Source of the DNA: a virus
Reading direction: 5' to 3' (one strand)
IMG/VR virus record: IMGVR_UViG_3300008807_000508
Location: 1 to 6,258 of that record
DNA: 6,258 nt
Made by a program: the position numbers and the translations under genes. Shown one piece after another: positions 1 through 4,835 of the stretch (the stretch's first letter is position 1; every line of letters begins with the position of its first letter). The notes beneath the pieces were generated by a model. It saw nothing but the letters and a program-made list of their open reading frames with translations, made no database searches and was not told the DNA's origin.

Positions 1-99
1 ACGCGTATCGAGATCACGAAAGCCGCTGTTGAAGCGACCTGGAAAAGCGTTCGTCGCCACATCCGGCGCCAGTACGGCGCGGCCCTCAATTTCATCGCC
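1..99. repeat. Terminal redundancy (copy 1), identical to 6160..6258; circularisation overlap
   Basis: Base-by-base comparison shows 1..99 = 6160..6258. 6159 is divisible by 3 and the rep frame is continuous across the junction. Confidence 0.95.
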
Positions 100-237
100 A
101 AGCACTGCCCGGACGATCAGGCACTGCGGGTGGTAATCGAATCCTGCACTTCGCCATCGCTGCCGAAGTGGGTCACAGGTGACACAGCAGCGCACTGGCC
201 CGAAATCGCGGCCGTACAACCAACCTCCAAGGGGTAA
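1..237 (+). CDS. C-terminal 78 codons plus stop of the same Rep protein (continuation of 5290..6159 across the circular junction)
   Basis: Frame 1 reads TRIEITKAAVEATWKSVRRHIRRQYGAALNFIAKHCPDD...TSKG then TAA at 235-237. The first 99 nt duplicate 6160..6258. Confidence 0.85.
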   Translation, partial: TRIEITKAAVEATWKSVRRHIRRQYGAALNFIAKHCPDDQALRVVIESCTSPSLPKWVTGDTAAHWPEIAAVQPTSKG

Positions 238-241
238 CGAA

Positions 242-541
242 ATGATCAAGGTCACCGTACTGGATTCGCAGATCAACGAGCGTGGCGGCAGCTTTACCAA
301 CGACCGCAACGAGAACGTTGAATTCACCACCCGCAAGCAGCGCGGCAAGCTGGAGGCGGATGGCTTCGCCTATCCGTTCGATGTGCGCCTGGACAAGGGC
401 CAGCCCGGCTATCAGGCGGGCGAATACGAACTGGACGTCCCGGCCATGCTCCAGGTCAACAAGGGCGTTGCAACCCTGAGCAAGTTCACTGTGCTGCGCC
501 CGCTGCAGAAGGCTGCGCCGCGTCCGGCTGCGCAGGCCTAA
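242..541 (+). CDS. gV-like single-stranded DNA-binding protein (99 aa)
   Basis: ATG at 242 with GGGG (231-234) 7 nt upstream. The track ORF 179..541 starts at a GTG inside rep, so I trimmed it. MIKVTVLDSQ... and VRLDKGQPGYQAGEYELDV resemble Ff gVp (MIKVEIKPSQ..., ITLDEGQPAYAPGLYTVHL). The gene sits immediately after rep. Confidence 0.88.
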   Translation: MIKVTVLDSQINERGGSFTNDRNENVEFTTRKQRGKLEADGFAYPFDVRLDKGQPGYQAGEYELDVPAMLQVNKGVATLSKFTVLRPLQKAAPRPAAQA

Positions 542-544
542 GTC

Positions 545-736
545 ATGGCGCGGTACGTCTACGAATGCCTGCAGTTCAACCAGCAGACCGGCACCTGCGA
601 GCAGGCTGGATTCGTGCCGCGCACCGATATTCCCGCACTTACCACTGCCGAAGTGTCGGGGATTCTGTCCATGGTTGCGGTGTGTTTCGCCGTGGCGTGG
701 GCATACAAACAGATAGGCAGAACTATCCGCAACTAA
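545..736 (+). CDS. Small membrane protein (63 aa) in the gVII/gIX position; function unknown
   Basis: ATG lies 3 nt after the gV stop. Third-position GC is high. A C-terminal hydrophobic helix (ILSMVAVCFAVAWAY) is followed by basic residues. No family recognised. Confidence 0.6.
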   Translation: MARYVYECLQFNQQTGTCEQAGFVPRTDIPALTTAEVSGILSMVAVCFAVAWAYKQIGRTIRN

Positions 737-752
737 CGAAAAGGGGAACACC

Positions 753-890
753 ATGGAACTCGACGCAAGCACCGCATTGACCATTCTGGCCTCGCTGGCC
801 GCTGTGCTGGGCACCATCGGCGCCGCCAAGCTGGCACCGGCAGCAATCTCTGTCGGCTTCAAGTGGATCAAGGGCGCGATCTTTGGTTGA
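753..890 (+). CDS. Major coat protein, leaderless Pf3-like type (45 aa)
   Basis: Strong SD AAGGGGA (741-747) lies 5 nt before the ATG. Translation is MELDASTALTILASLAAVLGTIGAAKLAPAAISVGFKWIKGAIFG: acidic N-terminus, hydrophobic core, basic C-terminus. FKWIKGAIFG resembles the Pf3 coat C-terminus IRWIKAQFF. Too short to appear in the ORF track. Followed by a terminator hairpin. Confidence 0.8.
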   Translation: MELDASTALTILASLAAVLGTIGAAKLAPAAISVGFKWIKGAIFG

Positions 891-902
891 TCGCAGTAAC
901 AC

Positions 903-928
903 GGGGCCGGGCAATCCGGCCCCTTTCT
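903..928 (+). terminator. Rho-independent terminator/attenuator downstream of the coat gene
   Basis: Stem GGGGCCGG (903-910), loop GCAAT, stem CCGGCCCC (916-923), then TTTCT. Same position as the terminator after gVIII in Ff phages. Confidence 0.7.
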
Positions 929-941
929 ATGGGGAATCGTG

Positions 942-1004
942 ATGCTCGGTCTATTCGTTCTCTGCGTCGGCAGTGCCGCGCTCTACATGGCGTTCGGGGA
1001 CTGA
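942..1004 (+). CDS. Possible 20-aa hydrophobic micro-ORF (MLGLFVLCVGSAALYMAFGD)
   Basis: ATG at 942 with GGGGAA (931-936) upstream. The stop lies 3 nt before the gIII ATG. Entirely hydrophobic. Could be a gVII/gIX-like minor virion peptide, or not translated at all. Confidence 0.25.
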   Translation: MLGLFVLCVGSAALYMAFGD

Positions 1005-1007
1005 CCC

Positions 1008-1985
1008 ATGCGTCTGCTCCTCATCCTATGTGTAGCACTGCTCGGCATGTCACTGCCAGGACGCGCGCAGGCGCAGGCTCAGGGGTATCGCTGCACCACT
1101 CCGAACGTGTGCGATGAGGGTGAGGCATACGCTGAGGCCGTTGCGTTTGGCGCTGAGCGGCAGGCCACGCTTCAGGCGCAGGAGCCGGGCGTTAAGTACC
1201 CAATTTGTCTCGAAAAGGCGGCTGGTGCGTTTACTCAACGCGTGTTCCGGTTGGCTTGCGGCAATGGCAGCTCCTCGGCACGCGAAACGTTCTACTACAA
1301 GGGAGCATGCTCAGCCCGCCCGTATGAATTGGGCTGGCAGGGTGGATCAACCTCCGCAACAGTCAATGCCTGCCACAAGGGTTGCATGTATAGCAGCGCG
1401 CTTGATCCAGAAGGGGCGGCAGGATTCGGCTATTGGCCTACTGGCGGCACTTGCACGGAGTCCGACGCCCCTGCGCCTACGCCTGCTGGTGATGGCGGAG
1501 GTGACGATGGTGGCGGCGGCGGCAGTGAAACCGGGGGTGGTGACGGTGACGGCGATGGTGGAGGGAGTGACGGTGGTGGCGATGGGGACGGGGGAGGGGA
1601 CGGCGGTTCCGGTGGTGGTGACGGCGGCGGTGATGGGGATGGAGATGGGGACGGCGATGGTGATGGGGACGGTGATGGCGACGGTGGCCCCGGTGATGGA
1701 GGTGAGAATCCCAGCCTTCCGGGCGATCCGCAGTATCCCGGCGACGTGCCGATGCCCTACATGGATCCACCGATTCCCAGTAGCCCGGATGGTCAGTGGT
1801 CTTCAGGGCTAGGCGGTGGCTCCTGTCCCGCAGCGAAAGTCGTCTCCGTTTCTCTGGCGGGCATGAGTACGTCCGTCAATTTCGAGTTCAAACCCTTGTG
1901 TGACTTCGCATCGCTGCTTCGGCCACTTCTTCTGGCCTGCTCAGCCATCGTCGCGGCATACATCATCGTGGGAGTGCGCAAGTAA
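1008..1985 (+). CDS. gIII-like minor coat / host-adsorption protein (325 aa)
   Basis: Signal peptide MRLLLILCVALLGMSLPGRAQA. N-terminal domain with 8 Cys. 72-aa Gly/Asp linker. C-terminal membrane anchor LLLACSAIVAAYIIVGVRK. Located between coat and gVI, and its TAA overlaps the next ATG (TAATG). Confidence 0.8.
   Translation: MRLLLILCVALLGMSLPGRAQAQAQGYRCTTPNVCDEGEAYAEAVAFGAERQATLQAQEPGVKYPICLEKAAGAFTQRVFRLACGNGSSSARETFYYKGACSARPYELGWQGGSTSATVNACHKGCMYSSALDPEGAAGFGYWPTGGTCTESDAPAPTPAGDGGGDDGGGGGSETGGGDGDGDGGGSDGGGDGDGGGDGGSGGGDGGGDGDGDGDGDGDGDGDGDGGPGDGGENPSLPGDPQYPGDVPMPYMDPPIPSSPDGQWSSGLGGGSCPAAKVVSVSLAGMSTSVNFEFKPLCDFASLLRPLLLACSAIVAAYIIVGVRK
1488..1703 (+). repeat. Coding low-complexity Gly/Asp-rich linker of gIII, including nine consecutive Gly-Asp dipeptides (GGN-GAY x9 at 1629..1682)
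   Basis: Direct reading of codons: ggt gat ggg gat gga gat ggg gac ggc gat ggt gat ggg gac ggt gat ggc gac. Third positions vary between units. Confidence 0.9.
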
Positions 1986-2269
1986 TGCCTTGGTTAGCCG
2001 CCTTTCTCGTTCAACTCCTGGGCAACTCGCTTGCCCGCGTCCTGACCGGTGCAGGCCTTGGCCTTGCAACTGGAGCGGCGCTGCTGCCGCTGGTCAAGAC
2101 GGCGCTCAACAAAATCCCCCAGCTATTTGGCGGCATCGCGGGTGATCTCGCGAACCTCATGCTTATGGCCGGTTTCGGGGAATCCATCACCATGATCGGC
2201 TCGGCTATCGTCACTAAGGTGGTGATTGATGCGGGCAAGGTCGCCGTACAGAAGGCAGCTTCCAAATGA
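1985..2269 (+). CDS. gVI-like minor coat / membrane protein (94 aa), DUF2523-like
   Basis: Overlaps the gIII stop (TAATG) and the gI start (ATGATG). Hydrophobic segments (LAAFLVQLLGNSLARVL, GLGLATGAALLPLV, LMLMAGFGESITMIGSAIV). Position between gIII and gI. The family assignment is from memory. Confidence 0.7.
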   Translation: MPWLAAFLVQLLGNSLARVLTGAGLGLATGAALLPLVKTALNKIPQLFGGIAGDLANLMLMAGFGESITMIGSAIVTKVVIDAGKVAVQKAASK

Positions 2270-3486
2270 TGTATCTGATTTCCGGGCAACCGGGCAATGG
2301 CAAGACCCTGCGCGCCATGTCGATGGCGTTGGAGTTCTACGAGCAGAACCAGCAGCAGGTGAAGGAGGGCAAAGCATCGCCGCGGCGCTTTTTCACGAAC
2401 ATCGCGGGTGCTACGACCGAAGAGAATCCGGAGGCCTTTCCGTGGCTCGAAAAGCTGCCAGAACACAACGACTGGACCCAGCTTCCGGACGGCTCGTTCG
2501 TGCTGTACGACGAAGCCCATTCCGATGGCAATACACAGGGGCTGGAGCGCTATGGGCGGCTGTTCCCATCCACCGGCAAGCCGGGTGAATCGGAAGATCC
2601 GCGTATCCGCTCGATGTCTACGCATCGTCATCGCGGCTTCGATCTGGTGTTTGTGACCCAGTGGCCTAGCAAGATTCACCACCAGGTGCGCAGCCTGATC
2701 GGCTCGCACACCCACATGAATCGTGCTTTTGGCATGCAGCGCGCAGGCGTCCTTACATGGTCGCGCGTACAGGCTGATCCCTACGATGAGCGCGTGCGCG
2801 ACAAGGCCGAGGAAGAAATCTGGGTCTACCCGAAGGCGCTTTACGCCCGATACCGCAGCGCCACGCTGCACACAGCCAGTCACAAGTTCAAGGTGCCCAA
2901 GCGTGTTTGGCAGGGTCTGTCGGTTGCCGTGACCTTGATAGGCGGCCTTTGGCTGATATGGACCTTTGTTGTCAAACCCTCCACCGCTGCACCGCCCAAG
3001 AAGGAGGAGCAGGGGGCCGGTGCTCTGCCGGCGGGAGGTGCCCTGGCGCCCTTGGGCGCGGGCATGCCGGCGGCACGGCCCCTCACTCGGGAAGAGTACG
3101 TGGCGAAGCACAAACCACGTGTCGAGTTTCAACCTTGGTCGGCACCGGCTTTTGATGAGCGTTCCGTGCAATCGCAGCCTGAGCTGTATTGCATGGCATC
3201 CGGTACCACCGAGCTGGACACCACTTGCACGTGTGTAACTGAGCAGGGCACCAAGGCCAGTATCTCCATCCCGGTGTGTGTGGCGATCGCGCGCGATGGC
3301 CCTGCTTACAACCCCTATCGGGCGCCACGGCAGCAGGCGGAGCCGGGCAAGGAGGAGGCTGGCCGGGCCTTGGCACAGTCGCCGCCAGTAGGCTCGCCCG
3401 AGCCGACTGCACATGCACTGATTGAGGTGGGAAAGCGGCCAATGGGCACATTCCCTGAGACGCCGCCTTACCCGGCCAGCTTCTAA
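2266..3486 (+). CDS. gI / Zot-family phage assembly NTPase (406 aa)
   Basis: Walker A GQPGNGKT at aa 7-14. Walker B FVLYDEAH. THRHRGFDLVFVTQ motif typical of Zot/pI. Single TM helix (LSVAVTLIGGLWLIWTFVV), then a Pro/Ala-rich linker and a Cys-containing C-terminal domain. Confidence 0.92.
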   Translation: MMYLISGQPGNGKTLRAMSMALEFYEQNQQQVKEGKASPRRFFTNIAGATTEENPEAFPWLEKLPEHNDWTQLPDGSFVLYDEAHSDGNTQGLERYGRLFPSTGKPGESEDPRIRSMSTHRHRGFDLVFVTQWPSKIHHQVRSLIGSHTHMNRAFGMQRAGVLTWSRVQADPYDERVRDKAEEEIWVYPKALYARYRSATLHTASHKFKVPKRVWQGLSVAVTLIGGLWLIWTFVVKPSTAAPPKKEEQGAGALPAGGALAPLGAGMPAARPLTREEYVAKHKPRVEFQPWSAPAFDERSVQSQPELYCMASGTTELDTTCTCVTEQGTKASISIPVCVAIARDGPAYNPYRAPRQQAEPGKEEAGRALAQSPPVGSPEPTAHALIEVGKRPMGTFPETPPYPASF

Positions 3487-3499
3487 TTATCGTGACGCA

Positions 3500-3643
3500 T
3501 CACGGGCAGGGTTGTCCCGGCACATTCTCCCAACCACCAGGTATACGGCGGAACGTGATTCCGCCGATGCATCTTGTCTCGCTGCGCCGCTGCTGGGCTT
3601 CGCGCTCTGCCTTTTCTCGTCGCGCGCGCACCTCGGCCAGCAT
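3500..3643 (-). CDS. Hypothetical small basic protein (47 aa)
   Basis: ATG (cat at 3641-3643 on +) lies 15 nt after the stop of the upstream - strand ORF. Translation is MLAEVRARREKAEREAQQRRSETRCIGGITFRRIPGGWENVPGQPCP. Alternative frames are also open, so the coding call is weak. Confidence 0.3.
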   Translation of the reverse strand: MLAEVRARREKAEREAQQRRSETRCIGGITFRRIPGGWENVPGQPCP

Positions 3644-3657
3644 TGCTTTCCGGTCCG

Positions 3658-3873
3658 CTATCGTTTCGGGCTGGGGCTGCGATCAACGCTGGTTGACTCG
3701 CTCGGCGCAGGCGCGGCTTGGAAGCGTGCATTCCAAGCGCTGCCGGTCTTCAGATGCAGCCAGATTCCAGCACCGGCCATGCCCAGCAGCAGCACAGCCC
3801 ACAAGGCGAGCCACGGAAACTCCCAGCGAGAGCGTGGGATGGGTTGCAGGTACTCCGGTCGTTCGCGTTCCAT
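3658..3873 (-). CDS. Hypothetical small membrane protein (71 aa)
   Basis: Real ATG (cat at 3871-3873 on +) is preceded by GGGGG on the - strand. The track ORF 3658..3900 was trimmed to this start. Clear TM helix WLALWAVLLLGMAGAGIWLHL after a charged N-terminus. GC3-rich. Confidence 0.5.
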   Translation of the reverse strand: MERERPEYLQPIPRSRWEFPWLALWAVLLLGMAGAGIWLHLKTGSAWNARFQAAPAPSESTSVDRSPSPKR

Positions 3874-3940
3874 ACGGCCCCCAAGGCGTCCTGCGCGCAT
3901 TCTAGCCGGGGTGTAGGGGCAGCGCCCCTACGGAAGCGCC

Positions 3941-4312
3941 TCACACGCGCTGGCGGCGTTTCGGCCCCGTCACCGGCAGGACTGCCGCTGGCGGCTCGGC
4001 GTCGGGGCCAGTCATCACCCTGGACAACCGCTCTTGCCGCCGTGCCATGAGGCTGGCTACCTCGATCACGTCAGCCGGCACTGCAGGAAAGGTGTTTCCG
4101 GCAGCCTTAGTGCTACAACGGTTTCGAGAGCGCCCCGATCGAGCATCGCCGCGAAGTTCACCCATCATGCGGCGCCATTCCTGTGCCTGTGCAGCAGTGA
4201 GCGACAGCCACGCGAGATCCTGCGGTTCCAGCTCGCGGCCTTCGGGGGTGACCAGTCGGCCAGCCTTAAACGAAAAACCGGCCCAAGGGCCGGTTAGGTT
4301 GCGATCACGCAC
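3941..4312 (-). CDS. DUF3653-like phage protein (123 aa from GTG 4312; the longest ORF would start at GTG 4369)
   Basis: The N-terminal NLTGPWAGFSFKAGRLVTPEGRELEPQDLAWL resembles the short conserved DUF3653 motif I recall from Xanthomonadaceae filamentous prophages. GTG at 4312 has a GGAG 7 nt upstream and starts 2 nt after the repressor stop. The 4369 start would overlap the repressor by 55 nt. Confidence 0.6.
   Translation of the reverse strand: MRDRNLTGPWAGFSFKAGRLVTPEGRELEPQDLAWLSLTAAQAQEWRRMMGELRGDARSGRSRNRCSTKAAGNTFPAVPADVIEVASLMARRQERLSRVMTGPDAEPPAAVLPVTGPKRRQRV
4268..4295 (-). terminator. Intrinsic-terminator-like hairpin plus T-tract on the - strand, just downstream of the repressor stop
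   Basis: The - strand reads AACCGGCCC-TT-GGGCCGGTT followed by TTTCGTTT, so with the stem's last two T the tract reads TTTTTCGTTT. Stem 4276-4284 / 4287-4295 is 9 bp and perfect. It lies inside the codons for TGPWAGFSF of the DUF3653-like ORF. Confidence 0.45.
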
Positions 4313-4314
4313 AA

Positions 4315-4767
4315 TCAGGCTCCATGCCACAGCAGGGCCGAGGGTCGAGGCAAGATGCGTGCCAGCCACCCCCGGATCGCCTTGAACATAATATACATAC
4401 CGCCGTTCTCGGTACCGCTAACCGCCTGAATTTGGGCGGTTTTTGTGTTTGCGAGGCCCGGCATGGACAGTGCCACCAGCGCAAACACCGCAGCCGCCGC
4501 GCTGATCCGGTCCAGCATCAAACGCCAAAGGGCCCGCTCGGTCTGAGTCTGCGCACGCTCGGCATGGACCATCGCGATCCATAGCGGGCCATCGAGTTTT
4601 GCCATTGCGCAGATCTGCGCAATTCGCTCATCGGGGATCGGATTTCGAGCCTGTCGCCAGTTCGACACGACTGCGCGAGTCACGCCCATTCGCTGAGCTA
4701 AAGCATTGTCCGAAGGGAGGTTTGCACCGATCCGGGCTTGGTCGAGGAGTTGGTTGACGGCATCCAT
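4315..4767 (-). CDS. HTH phage repressor-like regulator (150 aa) with a hydrophobic C-terminal segment
   Basis: Real ATG (cat at 4765-4767 on +). MDAVNQLLDQARIGANLPSDNALAQRMGVTRAVVSNWRQARNPIPDERIAQICAMAKLD is a Cro/CI-type helix-turn-helix of the DUF3693-like phage regulator pattern. Divergent from the rep operon, as rstR is from rstA in CTXphi. The 309-aa track ORF (to 5244) crosses the promoter region and two + strand genes, so I rejected its N-terminal extension. Confidence 0.75.
   Translation of the reverse strand: MDAVNQLLDQARIGANLPSDNALAQRMGVTRAVVSNWRQARNPIPDERIAQICAMAKLDGPLWIAMVHAERAQTQTERALWRLMLDRISAAAAVFALVALSMPGLANTKTAQIQAVSGTENGGMYIMFKAIRGWLARILPRPSALLWHGA
4381..4408. other. dif-like 28-bp site, candidate XerC/XerD attP
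   Basis: The + strand reads CTTGAACATAA TATACA TACCGCCGTTC. The reverse complement of E. coli dif is ATTTAACATAA TATACA TTATGCGCACC. Matches: 9/11 in the XerD arm, 6/6 in the central region, 4/11 in the XerC arm. It is an AT-rich island in a GC-rich genome. Confidence 0.6.
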
Positions 4768-4780
4768 GTACACGATTCCG

Positions 4781-4809
4781 TTGACAGGGTGTATTCGGGG
4801 AACTATACA
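4781..4809 (+). promoter_or_regulatory. Sigma70-type promoter for the rightward operon (small ORFs, rep, and possibly onward)
   Basis: TTGACA (4781-4786), a 17-nt spacer, then TATACA (4804-4809). It sits in the 132-bp gap between the divergent repressor ATG (4767) and the first rightward ATG (4900). Confidence 0.55.
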
Positions 4810-4817
4810 TCGACCCC

Positions 4818-4835
4818 GTATGCGGGATCGCATAC
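4818..4835. promoter_or_regulatory. Perfect 7-bp inverted repeat GTATGCG-GGAT-CGCATAC; candidate operator or origin element
   Basis: Read directly from the sequence. It lies 9-26 nt downstream of the rightward -10 element and over the expected -35 region of a leftward promoter. Confidence 0.4.

Noticed and set aside
1-99. The 99-nt end duplication as att sites, LTR-like repeats or a target-site duplication
   Set aside because: It lies inside the rep coding sequence and joins the two ORF halves in frame. The unit length is a multiple of 3 and no host sequence flanks it. This is consistent with a fixed-length assembly overlap of a circular molecule.
173-871. 232-aa - strand ORF across the gV, small ORF and coat region
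   Set aside because: It is antisense to three well-supported + strand genes with good RBSs. It has no motif and a low-complexity Ala/Arg/Leu composition.
1488-1703. Tandem repeat region considered as a CRISPR array or non-coding satellite
   Set aside because: The units are 6 nt with no spacers, they are in frame within gIII, and they encode a Gly/Asp linker. No CRISPR-like repeat-spacer periodicity occurs anywhere in the window.
1477-1770. 97-aa His/Arg-rich - strand ORF, and the 232-aa + strand ORF 1114..1812
   Set aside because: Both are alternative-frame readings of the Gly/Asp repeat region of gIII (GGNGAY read antisense gives His/Arg/Pro runs). They are artefacts of the repeat.
2011-3414. 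467-aa ORF on the - strand, the longest in the track
   Set aside because: It is entirely antisense to the gI/Zot gene and to gVI, both of which have clear family motifs. Its translation is Arg/Pro/Ala/His/Leu-rich with no recognisable motif. This is typical of open antisense frames in GC-rich DNA.
3640-3665. Possible programmed -1 frameshift fusing ORF 3658..3873 with ORF 3500..3643
   Set aside because: The 25-nt window between the frame stops (TCGCAGCCCCAGCCCGAAACGATAG on the - strand) contains no X XXY YYZ slippery heptamer. The downstream ORF has its own ATG 15 nt after the upstream stop.
3716-3738. 8-bp inverted repeat GCTTGGAA-(7 nt)-TTCCAAGC
   Set aside because: It lies inside the coding sequence of the 71-aa membrane ORF with no adjacent T-tract. 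Stems of this length are expected by chance about once in a sequence of this size and GC content.
3422-3916. + strand ORFs 3422..3916 (164 aa) and 3492..3905 (137 aa) downstream of gI
   Set aside because: Their products are rich in Arg, Ser, Cys and Trp and have no motif. The opposite strand gives a clean TM protein with an ATG and an SD. GC3 does not separate the frames strongly, so this rejection is only moderately confident.
4802-4835. Second dif-like half-site (TATACAT ... TATGCG / CGCATAC) in the switch region, which might pair with 4381..4408 to form a CTXphi-style folded attP
   Set aside because: The central-like hexamer and the GCATA-like arm are separated by extra bases, so they do not form a contiguous 28-bp site. 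The two loci are about 400 nt apart, far more than the roughly 90 nt of the CTXphi hairpin. The TATACA is better explained as a -10 element.
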